Assembly (NCBI GenBank): GCA_964016885.1
Contig: OZ024742.1
Span: 174,406,001-174,470,000, forward strand
Direction of reading: 5' to 3'
Length of the DNA: 64,000 bases
From: Eledone cirrhosa
Taxonomy: Eukaryota
Below are positions 26,464-39,630 of the stretch, piece by piece. The notes under the pieces were generated by a model, which ran no database searches, had not been told where the DNA came from, and saw nothing but the letters and a program-made list of their open reading frames with translations. Every line of letters begins with the position of its first letter. The stretch's first letter is position 1. The position numbers were made by a program, and so were the translations under genes.

Positions 26464-28283
26464 ATGGCAACCTCAGAGTCACACCTTCCTCACAAACTAA
26501 CACCTCACACCGACACCACCATTGTAAATATTACTACGTTTGCCAACACTAAAATTATAAGCAGTAGCAATATTTTAAATTTATCTCAGGCAGACATTCA
26601 TTTCCCGCCATTACTAATGACTGCAGGTGTTGAAGCCGCCACCCCTATCACCACCACAGCGACAACAGAAACAAAATAAATAAATTAATTAACTCGTGAT
26701 ATCGAAATGAATTCAAGCAAAATGAACTCTTCCACACCGAACACCACTGACGCCACCACCACCACAACTGAAACTAAAATTAACAATAACAAACATAACG
26801 ATAACAACAACAGCAACAATGAAATTAAGAAAACTACCCTGAGTTTTGCCAGAGTAGCAAAAACGTGCGAAGCGATCCAGGTAACTCAGGAGGAATTAGG
26901 AGAAGCCAAAAGAATGGTAAAGAAAGATGGGTACAGGGTCAGCCTCCCCCCACACACACCAAACAGCTTTGGGACATGTGTGGGCAAAAAAACCCCACAT
27001 CAGACGTGGGCAGAAGTATGGAACCGTGGACGTGTTCTTTGAAACACCACAGGAGGCCAGAGAACACTCCATGGCCCCATTAAGAAGTGACAACTTCACA
27101 CTCGTCCCAAGCTATTGTGGCCAGAGACTCGTGAAGGTCAGGGTGACCCACGTTCCATCGGCCATCGAAATTCCCTGGCTAATGGCTGCCGTCCTCGCCG
27201 GCATCGAGGCCAACACCAAGATAATAGAAATAGCAAAAGAAAAGCAGGAGAAGTGGTCCGGATCTGGGATGGAGCTCCTGATCCAAGCGGACAATAAAAG
27301 CATTGAGGAGATCCCAGAGGTAATAGACCTCACTGACGCCAGCCACCTCACCGTAATCGTCGAGGGCAGAAGGCTTAGGTGTGTCATTTGTGGTGAAGGA
27401 ACCCACCTAAGGGCTTTCTGCCCTCAGACTAAAAGGTTGAGGCCACCTCTCTTACCCACCCCAGTGACCCAAACATCAACACCACCAGCAGCAGAGATGG
27501 CAGCAACAACTGTAGCAGCAACAACAGAAGCCACTGTAACAGCAACAGCCGCAGCAACAGTAGCAAAACCAACACCACCACCAGCCAACGCGCCAGAACT
27601 ATCACCAGCGCCTACAACATCCACACGCCACAACCAAAACCAACGCCTGTGGAGGATTTTCCACTCGCCCGCTTATCGCAACTGGAGACATATTGTGACG
27701 ACGAGGAGTGGGAAACGGTATCAGGAAAAAAGAAAAAAAGAAACCAAAAAAATAAAAAAATTCTCTTCCTTCCCCCTCCAAAAACAAAATACAGAGGGAA
27801 ACAAATAAACTATCAAACAAAAAAGTTAGGACAGATATGCCACCATCCACACCAGCATCACCAACCTCATCACCACAAACACCAACACCATCACCATCAT
27901 TAACCCCAACACCACCATCACCAACACCACAAAAGTCAGCAAAAAGCGTAACAGAAACGCAAACAAAACAAAACAACCAAAACGATACACACTACACAGC
28001 ATTAAATTTGAACAACAACCAATTATTACACTACATCCAATACAACACCAGCATCACAGAAAAATACTACACAACAACCCAAAAGTTCACACCACCTGCA
28101 CACATACAAATCACTCGCATCACACAGAAAACGTACACGACACTAAAACAAAAATTCCCCCAAAACATCGGAGACATCCGACAAACACTCTCCAGGAGGA
28201 TTTATAAGGACATCCTTCCGGAGGAGGCCACAAACAGTGAAAAGGGATGGACAAACCTTCCTTCCTCTACGAGAAGTAAGGTA
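26464..28283 (+). pseudogene. Tx1 ORF1 (gag-like nucleic-acid-binding protein), disrupted
   Basis: N/T-rich N-terminus, YGTVDVFFETPQEA..LVPSYCGQRLVKVRV, CX2CX4HX4C knuckle CVICGEGTHLRAFC, Thr/Pro-rich linker and a conserved C-terminal block. Contains frameshifts. Confidence 0.85.
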
Positions 28284-28318
28284 AGTGGTCTTTTCCATCT
28301 TTTTCACTCCGTTTCAAC

Positions 28319-31300
28319 ATGACCTCACTCAGAATAGGCAGCATAAATGCGCGTGGCTTGGGGTCGTCATGGAAGCAGGCCCACCTGCTCAACAACCTCT
28401 GGTCACTAAGCATAGATGTAGTGGCCATCAGCGAGACCAGAATCTCCGAAGCACGGGCCTTCGCACCGATCTTCGGCGGCTACGATGCGTACGCATTTCC
28501 GAGCAGTCCGAGATCGGGGGGAGAAGTTGCTGTGCTTTTTCGGAGACGTTTGGATCTCGCCATACGGGCCATCTTCCTGGATCCAGAAGGTAAGTTGGTG
28601 GTGCTAGACGTGACCAGCGGAGACGGGCAAGCTTTCAGGCTAGTGGCCGTCTATGCCCCAACAGGAGCAGGGCGGCCTGATTTCTTCCGGCGTCTGGAGA
28701 CCTTTCTTGGAACGTCCCGCTCTTTAGTGTTAGTGGGCGACTGGAACGGGATCTTAGATGCACGCTAGGACTGTGTGGGATTAGCGGATAGGGGAGGAGG
28801 GTGCAAGAGCCTCACCAACCTGCTCAGGCGTTTTGAACTGTCTGACAGGTACCGATTGGATTTTCCGAATGTGCCAATGTGGACTTGGAAAAATCGCATA
28901 GGTTCATCCAGATCATATCTAGATAGAGTATTTTGTAGGGAAATAGATAGGTCTAGCATAGGCTGTCCACAATTCAAGATAGTCAGCTACACGGACCACA
29001 AATTCGTGATCTGTGTGCTTGATTTTGATAGGCATCATAGACGAGTACCTGGTTACTTATGCTAAACGCCTCCTTACCAGCGCGCAAGGCCTACAGAGAC
29101 CGGATTAGCGAACTAATTAAGCGGGCGTTGACGGGGAACAATCGTCAACAAGTGGTGGTTTGCTCTGAAAAGTGGGATTGGAATAGAGTCCATTAGGTTT
29201 AGTAAGGCTTTAGCAATAGAGAAAAATAGAGCAGAGGGAGAATTAGTTAGAAAATTTGACGAGGCGCTTAGCAAAGGCATCGCGACCGACGTACTTGCGG
29301 CGAAATTGGCCCTTGACCAATTCTTCAATGCAAAGCACGAAGGCTGCGTTGTCAGAGCTAGGGTGTGTGCTCTCAGACACGAAAGCCGTTCAATGGGCCC
29401 GAGTGGCAGAGGTGCGTCGTGGCAACATAGCCACGATCCGGTCTTTGGTGGACCACGACGGGCGCATGCTACTCGATCCCGGGCAAATGTGTGAAGCTTT
29501 TCAGGGACACTTCGCACAGCTATTCGGGGGCAGGGACGAACTTTAGTGTTTACCTCGACGCACTGCCGCGGCTCTCGGCCACTTAGGCGAAGTGTTGCGA
29601 AAAGCCGATAACAGCCGCTGAAGTACGGGAGGCAATGACTGGCTGCACAAGGGGTAAATCGCCTGGTTTGGATGGTCTGCCCTATGCAATCTACGTACAG
29701 ATGCCAGACTTGTTCGGAGGCCTCTTGGCGGACGTCTACTGCAACTGGCAACAGAACGGGAGAATTCCCAGCTCTGTGTGCTGAGGAGCTGTGGGGCTGC
29801 TGAGAAGGGTTCCGAACAAGGGGGATAACATAGATAATTTTAGGCCCATAACTCTGCTAAACACAGAGTTCAAGATTTTGGCCAAGGTGCTAGCAAAGAG
29901 GTTGGCGCTTGTTGTTGGTGGTCTGGTGGGAGAGGCGCAGACATGCGCCATTCCCGACAGATCCATCCACGACAACCTCCACCTCATGCGATACATCGTA
30001 GAGAGGGTAGCTAGGGAACGTGGCACGGGTGGGTCCTTGATCAATTTAGATCAGTCGAAAGCTTTCGATAGGGTCGACCATCGTTACCTAGCGTCAATCC
30101 TGAGGGCGGCTGGCTTTGGACCCGTCTTCAGAGGCTGGATCGCTGCCATGCACAGCGAAATCTGCTCTGTGGTGAGAGTGAACGGTCACCTGTCGGAACC
30201 GTTCAACATCATGCGCTCGGTCCGCCGAGGATGTCCCATCACGTCCCTCTTGTACGTATTGACTCTCGAGCCATTACTGCACAAACTGGAGACGTTGAGG
30301 GGCGTCCCACGCGAACTAGGATGCGGAAGATCCATGTCAGCAAATGCGGACAATGTCAACGTAGTGGTGTCGAACAACGCCAAACACATCGAAGCGATCG
30401 GCACTACACTAAGAGAATACGAAGCGGTGATAGGAGCAATGCTCAACTAGGAAAAGTCAGTGGGCCTGCAGCTTGGCACCTGGAGAGGCAGGTCCATGCC
30501 GTCCAACAGCGTCGTCGGGCGCTGGGCGGACGGACCAGTTAGATTGTTCGGGGTCTGGTTCGGTCCGGATCTCCAGACGGACAAAAACTGGGACAAGGTG
30601 ACAAGCAGTGTGGCTTCTCTCACCCAGATTGGGCGGAGAGGAAGCTATACCTGAACGGTCGAGGTGGGTAATGCATATATCGCGTCCGCCATCTACTACC
30701 GTCTGACTGTCGTACCTTGTCCTAAGCCCCGTCTGACTGCGCTGGAGCGTTTGTTCTTTCGCTTTTTGTGGAAGGGACGCGCTCCGATGGTCAGGCGCTC
30801 CATCTGCTGTCAACACCCGCTACGTGGACAGCTGGGAATGCCGTGGCTGATGATGCGCAGACACGCGCTCAGGCTACGACATCTCCACCTCTTCCTCGAC
30901 GGTGATCAGGTGTGGTCTCCATTTGCTAGACGCATCTTTCCCCAGCTCGTCTCCTTGACGGAGCTGCAGTGCTGGGTCAAGCGAAGACCGAGAGGGAGCG
31001 CTTGGAGACTGGAATGTCTTCAGGCGCTCACAGCCCTCGACCAATCGGGCAATGTGATCGGTGGAAACTCCAACTTGGCGTTCTATAGAGGATTAGTGGA
31101 GGGGAATAGCGACAACGTACTTGGGGAAACTCTAGGCGTCGACGAAAATCAACTAGCCAATCTCTTCGGAAGAACTTTCGGGCCGGGGCCTATGGACAAC
31201 TTCCAGAAAACCCTGGCCTGGCAGTGCTACCGAGGAGCTTTACCAGTTCAGGATAAACTCTACATGCATGGAGGTGCCATCAGCCGGGCATGTCCGAGAT

Positions 31301-31696
31301 GCGCGCAGGGCGACGAAACAGTCCTGCACGCACTCGTCCAGTGTCCGAGCATTGCTGACTTGTGGGTTTATGTCGAACACCTGCTGTCGCGTGTAGGACG
31401 GATCCAGCTATCAGCTGAGTCCATCGTGAGGATTGCCCCGCCCTCTTCCTTTAGCCGGGAAGGGCAGGCAGTTTTTATCTGTATGGTAGCCATCGTGGAA
31501 AAGATAGTATGGTGGACACGTTTGAAAGGGCTGAAGACGAGCACTTACCTCTTCGGTGATGCCCTGATTAACTTTTTCTAATTTCATTTAAAAAGGAAAA
31601 TCAGGGTAGAAAGGGAAGTGCTCTCTTCCCAGCATTTTGTTGAGAGAGGCAAGAATGGCCCGAGTGAATGGGCCTACTCTGAGTATGTGTCTGTAA
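28319..31696 (+). pseudogene. Tx1 ORF2 (APE endonuclease - reverse transcriptase - C-terminal zinc finger), disrupted
   Basis: SINARGL, ISET, VYAP, GDWN, YLDR, YTDH (APE); KSPGLDGLP, NFRPITLLN, DQSKAFDRV, RRGCP (RT); CPRCAQGDETVLHALVQC. Confidence 0.92.
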
Positions 31697-32187
31697 ATTA
31701 AAGGTGGAAAACTGGGAGAGGGCATTTGCCCTGGTGGTCAGGGTCACTGTGGCTTTATAATGGGCTTTCTCCACGAATGTCCCTCGGAACTCTCCCCTCT
31801 ATTGGGGAATTTTTTCATTGTTCTATTATTACATCCTCTGTTTCTTGTTTTTTACACGCAGAAATGCCCATTCGTACCGCCCTGTATTGTCCTGTTCTGT
31901 CCTTAATGTCTACTTTATGTAGACCCTTGTGGTTAATAAAGAGAGCATTATTATTATTATTATTATTATTGAATGCTATGGTTGACGGAGGCTCGGCTCT
32001 GTAAGGTATTGTGAATTTTGAACGCTATAACAATTGTAAATTGTTTAAAACTTTAACCAACTTGTAGACAAAAACACCCTCCTCCTCGTGAGAGGGTTCT
32101 TTCTGCCCGTTATTTGGCCCTTCGGGGTTAAATAACTGCTTATTGGGGTTTTGTGCCCAATATTTATTTTAAACAAAAACAAACAAC

Positions 32188-34253
32188 ATGGCTACGAAAA
32201 AGAATTTTTATAGGTCACTCCCACTCATTCCGTCTTCTTCTTCCTCAATCGTCACAACAGCAGAGAGAAGCTTGTCTCTCTCCCTCCCTTCTCTTTCGCA
32301 AGCGACGACAGAAAAGAAAAGTCTCGTGCAAAGCGTGCAAGATTTCTCCACGACGACAACGACGAAACAGGTGTGCGGGAAATACGAAAACCCATTTCAT
32401 TCGTCTGACGTCAGGAATAATAGCAGTAGCAGCCGTAATAACAACAGCAACAGTGACATTGAAAACAACAGTAGCAGCCGCAACAACATCAGCAGCAGCA
32501 TAAACAACAACAGCATTAGCAGCAGCAACAACAACCACAGCAACAGCGGCGGCGGCAGTAGTCGTAGTACCTGCAGCAACAACAAAAGTAACAGCAGCTC
32601 TGACGACAACAACAACAACAGCAGCAGCAAAGAAAAACAAAACTCGTTTGCAGGTATCGCGAAGAACCTGGAAACAATCCTCATAACAAATGAGGAATTA
32701 GAGGAAGCGAAGAAGATGGTAACAAAAACTGGACACCGAGCAATCTGCAAGGCAGCGTAAAAGTTTTTCGAAACCCAACAGCTCTGTACGGTCACGTACC
32801 GTACAGTAAGTACAAAATCCCGTAGGGTTGAAAGATCCACAGAGGCTCAAATACAAAAAGCCTTGGGGTCTGTGTGGCAGCGGAAAACGCACATCACCCG
32901 ACGCAAGAAATATGCCACCGTAGACGTACTTTTTGCCACACCCCAGGAGGCAAAGGCTCAATCCGTAGCGACCCTAAGAAGCGAGGAAATGGTTTTGGTG
33001 CCCTCCTACTGCGGGCAAAAAATTGTGAGGGTCAAACTGACCCACATCCCCCCCGGGATGGCCCCTTCTTGGCTGGCCGGGTCTGTCCTCGTCGGAATCG
33101 AGGACAAAACATCTGTACTGCAAGTACAGAAAAAAGTAAGAGAAGATTGGGTCGGCATCTCCATTGAGATGTTAATCCAAACCAACCAGGAGTGCATCGA
33201 AGCTATCCCGGATGTGATAGACTTCGATAACGGCACTCAACTGCCCATAAGTGTTGAGGGCAAACACCCGAAATGCTTTCGCTGAGGATCGAAGACTCAC
33301 CTCAGGGCCATCTGCAACGAGAAGACCCTGAGAAAGGAGAAAACCCCCCTCCTTCCGAAACCGGCTCCACGGCTACCAGCAACAGGACAAGCGGCAACCA
33401 CGAACGATAGGTCCGTGGCACCCATACCCGCGCCACGAAAATCAAAAACAGCAGCAGCAGTGGAAATATTAACAACAACAACAGCAATACCAAATGCAGC
33501 TGCAACAGAGACTCCAGTGCAAACATCACCAACAACAACAAGTGAAAGAGTGGAGCTGGTACCCCTCCCCGACCTCACAGAATCAGACATGGAGTGTGAG
33601 GTGGGAGAGGGATGGCAAACGGTCGTAAGAAGGCACAAACGCAGAAGCAGCGCATCTTCGCCTTAGAAAAGGGAGGAAAGAAATGAGAAAAGGGTAAAGT
33701 CTACTGCAAAGAGATCCACAGCAGCAACACCACCAACACCATCACCACCCACACTAGCACCACCATCACCACCGGTGACAACCCCACCGCCAACAACACC
33801 TTCAACACCACCACCACAAGCACCAACATCGCAAACACAACAACAAAACACACACACCCAGCAACAACGACAAGAAAATAGCAGAACCACACCCACCCCC
33901 AGAAAAACAAATGCACAGCAATAAATACACACAACAAGAAACTAATGACTTACATAATTGAACACACAGACATTTCACAACATGACTACATAATACCAGC
34001 ACCAATCAAAACGCCAACTAACATAAGACTGCTAAAAATAGCACAGAAAAATTACACAAACACTAAAACGAAATTCCCCAACGCAGTTGGTGATTTCAGA
34101 GACCTAGGAGGAACTATCAACCGAAGAGTATATTCGGACATACTCATAGAAGAGCGTACGACCAGCCGAAGGGACGATTCAACGGTCCCTTCACCAGACG
34201 ATCAAGTGAAAAGGGATGTAAAAACCATCCCTCCTCTACGAAAAGTACGGTAA
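32188..34253 (+). pseudogene. Tx1 ORF1, disrupted
   Basis: S/N-rich N-terminus, YATVDVLFATPQEA..LVPSYCGQKIVRV, knuckle CFR*GSKTHLRAIC, and a C-terminal block ending RKVR*. Confidence 0.85.
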
Positions 34254-34288
34254 GTGGTCTTTCCCATCTTTTCCACTCTATTTTAAAC

Positions 34289-37200
34289 ATGACTTCACTC
34301 AGAATAGGCAGCATAAATGCGCGTGGCTTGTGGTCGTCATGGAAGCAGGGTCACCTGCTCAACGACCTCAGGTCACTAAACATAGATGTAGTGGCCATCA
34401 GCGAGACCAGAATCTCCGAAGCGCGGGGCTTCGCAGCGATCTTCGGTGGCTACGATGTGTACGCATCTCCCAGCCGTCCGGGATCGGGGGGAGGAGTTGC
34501 TGTGCTTTTTCGGAGACGTTTGGATCTCGCCATACGGGCCATCTTCCTGGACCCAGAGGGTAAGTTGGTGGTGCTGGACGTGACAGCGGAGACGGGCAAG
34601 CTTTCAGGCTAGTGGCCGTCTATGCCCCGACAGGAGCAGGGCGGCCTGATTTCTTCCGGCGTCTGGAGACCTTTCTTGGAACATCTCGCTCTTTAGTGTT
34701 AGTGGGCGACTGGAACGGGATCTTAGATGCACGCTAGGACTGTGTGGGATTAGCGGATAGAGGTGGAGGGTGCAAGAGCCTCACCAACCTGCTCAGGCGT
34801 TTTGAACTGTCTGACAGGTTCCGATTGGATTTCCCGAATGTGCCAATGTGGACTTGGAAAAATCGCATAGGTTCATCCAGATCATATCTAGATAGAGTAT
34901 TTTGTAGGGAAATAGATAGGTCTAGCATAGGTTGTTTACAATTCAAGATAGTCAGCTACACAGACCACAAATTCGTGATCTGTGTGCTTGACTTAGATAG
35001 GCTTCATAGACGAGGACCCGGCTACTGGAAGTTAAAAACGTCCTTACCAGCGCGCAAGGCCTACAGAGACCGGATTAGCGAACTAGTTAAGCGGGCGTTA
35101 ACGGGGGCCATCGTCAACAACAAGTGGTGGTTTGCTCTGAAAAGAGCGATTAGAATAGAATCGATTAGGTTTAGTAAGGCTTTAGCAATAGAGAAAAATA
35201 GAGCAGAGGGAGAACTAGTTAAAAAATTAGACGAGGCGCTTAGCAAAGGCATTGCGACCGACGTGCTTGCGGCGAAATTGGCCCTTGACCAATTCTTCAA
35301 TGCAAAGCACGAAGGCTGCGTTGTCAGAGCAAGGGTGTGTGCTCTCAGACACGAGGGGACGAAAGCCGTTCAATGGGACCGAGTGGCAGAGGCGCGTCGT
35401 GGCAACAAAGCCACGATCAGGTCTTTGGAGGACCACGACGGGCGCATGCTACTCGATCCCGGGCAAATGTGTGAAGCTTTTCAGCGACACTTCACTCAGC
35501 TGTTCGGGGGCAGCGGTGGGCCGGGTCGAGGGATGGACTTTAGTGTCTACCTCGACGGACTGCCGCGGCTCTCGGCCACTTAGGCGAAGTGTTGCGAAAA
35601 GCCGATAACAGCCGCTGAAGTACGGGAGGCAATGACTGGCTGCACAAGGGGTAAATCGCCTGGTTTGGATGGACTGCCCTATGAACTTTACGTACAGATG
35701 CCAGACTTGTTCGGAGGCCTCTTGGCGGACGTCTACTGCAACTGGCAACAGAACGGGAGAATTCCCAGCTCTGTGAGCTGGAGAGCTGTGGCACTGCTGG
35801 GAAAGGATCCGAACAAGGGGGATAACATAGATAATTTCCGGCCCATAACTCTGCTAAACACAGAGTTCAAGATTTTGGCCAAGGTGCTAGCAAAGAGGTT
35901 GGCTCTTGTCGTTGGTGGTCTGGTGGGAGAGGCGCAGACATGCGCCATTCCCGACAGATCCATCCACGACAACCTCCACCTCATGCGATACATCGTAGAG
36001 AGGGTAGCTAGGGAACCTGGAACGGGTGGGTCCTTGATCAATTTAGATCAGTCGAAAGATTTCGATAGGGTCGACCATCGTTACCTAGCGGCAGTCCTGA
36101 GGGCGGCTGGCTTTGGGCCCGTCTTCAGAGGCTGGATCACTGCCATGCACAGCGACATCTGCTCTGTGGTGAGAGTGAACGGTCACCTGTCGGAACCGTT
36201 CAGCATCATGCGCTCGGTCCGCCAAGGATGTCCCCTCTCGTCCCTCCTGTACGTATTGACTCTCGAGCCATTACTGCACAAACTGGAGACGTTGAGGGGC
36301 GTCCCGCGCGAACTAGGATGCGGAAGATCCGTGTCAGCATATGCGGACGATGTCACCGTAGTGGTGTCGAACGCCAAACACATCGAAGCGATCGGCACTA
36401 CACGAAGCGGTGACAGGAGCAATGATCAACAAGGAAAAGTCAGTGGGCCTGCAGCTCGGCACCTGGAGAGGCAGGTCCATGCCGTCCAACAGCGTCGTCG
36501 GGCGCTGGACGGACGGACCGGTTAAATTGCTAGGGGTCTGGTTCGGTCCGGACCTCCAGACGGACAAAAACTGGGACGAGGTGACGAGCAGGGTGGCTTC
36601 TCTCACCCAGAAATGGGCGGAGAGGAAGCTATCCCTGAAAGGTCGAGCGAAGGTGGCTAACGCGTACATCGCGTCTGTCATCTGCTACCGCCTGACCGTC
36701 GTACCTTGTCCTAAGCCTCGCCTGACTGCGCTGGAGCGTTTGCTCTTTCGCTTTTTGTGGAAGGGACGTGCTCCGATGGTCAGGCGGTCCATCTGTTGTC
36801 AACACCCGCTACGTGGAGGGCTGGGCATGCCGTGGCTGATGATGCGCAGGCACGCGCTCAGGCTACGACATCTCCACCTCTTCCTCGACGGTGATCAGGT
36901 GTGGTCGCCGTTTGCTAGACGCGTATTTCCCCAGCTCGTTTCCTTGACGGAGCTGCAGTCCTGGGTCAAGCGAAGACCGAGAGGGAGCGCCTGGAGACTG
37001 GAATGTCTTCAGGCGCTCACAGCCCTCGACCAATCGGGCAATGTGATCGGTGGAAACTCCACCTCGGCGTTCTATAGAGGATTAGTGGAGGGTAAGAGCG
37101 ACGACGTACTTGGGGAAACTCTAGGCGTCGAGGAAAATCAACTAGCCAATCTCTTCGGAAGAACTTTCGGGCCGGGGCCTATGGACAACTTCCAGAAATC

Positions 37201-37696
37201 TCTGGCCTGGCAGTGCTACCGAGGAGCCTTGCCAGTTCGGGATAAACTCTACAGGCATGGAGGTGCCATCAGCCGGGCATGTCCGAGATGCGCGCAGGGC
37301 GACGAAACCGTCCTGCACGCACTCGTCCAGTGTCCGAAAATTGCTGACTTGTGGGTTTATGTCGAACACCTGCAGTCGCGTTTAGGACGGATCCAGCTAT
37401 CATCTGAGTCCATCGTGAGGATTGCCCCGCCCTCCTCCTTTAGCCGGGAAGGGCAGGCAGTTTTTATCTGTCTGGTGGCCATGGCGAAAGAGATAGTATG
37501 GTGGACACGTTTTAAAGGGCTGAAGACGAGCACTTAACTCTTCGGTGATGCTCTGATTGACTTTTTCAAATTTCATTTGAAAAGGAAAATCAGAGTAGAG
37601 AGGGAAGTGCTCTCTTCCCAGCATTTTGTTGAAAGATGGGTGAGAGAAGCAAGAATGGCCCGAGTGAATGGGCCTACTCTGAGTATATATCTGTAA
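34289..37696 (+). pseudogene. Tx1 ORF2 (APE-RT-zinc finger), disrupted
   Basis: GPGYWKL, RQGCPLS, AYADDV (~36337-36354), KLLGVWF, GGLGMP, CPRCAQGDETVLHALVQC. In-frame TAG at 34735 and 35581, plus frameshifts. Confidence 0.93.
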
Positions 37697-37956
37697 ATTA
37701 AAGGTGGAAAACTGGGAGAGGGCACTTGCCTTGGTGGTCAGGGTCATTGTGGCTTTTTACTGGGCTTTCTCCACAAATGTCCCTCCGAAGTCTTCCCCCT
37801 ATTGGGGAATTTTTCATTGTTATTTTCATTGTTATTTTTGTTACATCCTCTGTTTTTGTTTTTTACACGCAGAAATGCCCATTTGTACCGTCCTGCATTG
37901 TCCTGCACTGTCCTTAATGTCTACTTTATGTAAACCCTTGTGGTTAATAAAGAAAT

Positions 37957-37988
<32 letters not shown>

Positions 37989-38659
37989 TTATTATTATTA
38001 TTACTATTCTTGTTGTTGTTGTTGTTGTTGTTAAGGTGATGATTTGGCAGAATCATTAGTGCTTCAGTCAAAATGATTTGCAATATTAGTTCCAGCTTTT
38101 TGCATTCATAGTTCATATCCTCTAGAGGTGAAATGTAGCTTTATTGAATAGTATGATAAACCAATCAGGTACAGGTATCAACATAATAAATTTTCTCATT
38201 CTTGTAAATGTTGCTGGCCTTGCCCCAAAATTTGAGACTATTTTAATTAAATATTTTTTCCATCGTTATCACTAGTATGATTAACAACATAATAAAGGAA
38301 TACCAAGTATTTATTACAGGGATTGGTATTGTTATCTACAGATTTCCCTTTGTTAATTTTCCGTTTCCTTAACTCAATGTAAATTCTACTTTCTATTGTA
38401 GTTCATCCTTGTATCGTCTCACACATTATGCATATATATGGTTAACAATTCATTATTGTTTTGCAGTATTTGTTTTGTATTTAAATTACTGGTGAGGCCA
38501 ATTACCTTTTGAGTTTGAATCCCATCAAAGTGAGCTTTGCCTTTCATCCTACTAGAGAGGATAATATAAAGTACCACTAAAGTACTGGGTTTGAATTCAT
38601 CTACTTTTCCCTTTCCCCAGTATATCTAGCCTTGTCCTTCACTTGGAAACTATTATTCT

Positions 38660-39180
38660 TTGAAGTTCCACCTTCTTTTAGATAAGAGGTGCAACAAGTC
38701 TTACTCTGCCTGGTAGCTCTGGTGAAGGAAGATGTATGGTGGACTCATCTAAAAAGTTTGAAGATAACAATCTTCATCTTTGGCCAAGCTGTCAGTAAAT
38801 TCTCAAGGTCCCCTTGAAAAAGGTGAAGGTAGAGGAAGATTATACTATTTAGTGTATTTTATGAAAGATAGCTGAGATTGACGAGATTGAATGGGCTTAC
38901 TCTGACTGCTTTTCTAAGCAAAAGAAATGAAACTAGGAGAGATCACATACAATGCCCTTGAGGCAACAGAGAAATTTGTGGTTTTGAGTGAGGTATTCCC
39001 TGGGATTAACCTAAAGTACAATTCCCTCTTGTTTTGTATCATTATCATGAACATTTATCTAATTGTTTATATTCTAATACCTACTTTTTCCCTTTCCTTT
39101 TACTTGATGTAAAGCACATGCTGTATTGTCCAATATTCTGGGCACATGTGTCAAATAAAACCAAAATCATTATTATTATT
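38660..39180 (+). mobile_element. Older Tx1-family 3' fragment sandwiched between SINEs
   Basis: tctgcctggtagctctggtgaaggaagatgtatggtggactcatctaaaaagtttgaaga aligns with 25788-25848. It ends aataaaaccaaaatcattattattatt. Confidence 0.75.
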
Positions 39181-39182
39181 GT

Positions 39183-39630
39183 AAGGGTGGTGGATTGGCA
39201 GTATCTGTAGAGGGTCGGACAACATGCTTTGCAGCATAGAGTTACGGCCCTTTATTATCTGAGTTCAAATTCCGACGAGGTTAACTTTACCTTTCATCCT
39301 TACGGGGCCGATAAAATAAAGTACCAGTCACTCACTGGGGTCGATTAAATCGACATTCACCTCCCCCCCAAAATTGCTGGCCTTGTGCCTATATAAGAAA
39401 CCATTATTGAAAGGGTGGTGAATTTGCAAAATCGCTGGAGCATCGGAGAAAATACTTTTTAGCATTTATTCCAGGCTTTATGTTCTCTGCTTAAAATCCC
39501 TTGGGGTCAATTTCGCCTTTCATCCTTCCAGAGTTGATAAAATAAAGTACCAGTTAAGTACTGGGGTTGATGTAATCAATTTTCACCTCCCCTAAAATTG
39601 CTGTGTCAGTGTTAGAAAACAATTATTATT
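39183..39630 (+). mobile_element. Two tandem (ATT)-tailed SINEs (39183-39408 and 39409-39630)
   Basis: Both show the A/B boxes, the gcctttcatcct...ataaaataaagtaccag core and the agaaa(c)cattatt end. Confidence 0.85.

Larger units (their letters stand above)
26287..31970 (+). mobile_element. Tx1/L1-clade LINE copy 2, near full length and decayed (ORF1 type B)
   Basis: ORF1 ~26464-28283 and ORF2 ~28319-31696, ending in an (att)n tail. It begins immediately after the tail of copy 1. Confidence 0.93.
31971..38032 (+). mobile_element. Tx1/L1-clade LINE copy 3, near full length and decayed (ORF1 type C)
   Basis: ORF1 32188-34253 and ORF2 34289-37696. 3' UTR resembles that of copy 2. (att)n/(gtt)n tail. 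It begins immediately after the tail of copy 2. Confidence 0.93.

Noticed and set aside
28280-28290. gtaagt splice-donor-like motif at the Tx1 ORF1 stop (also ~34250)
   Set aside because: It overlaps the ORF1 stop codon context and there is no evidence of splicing.
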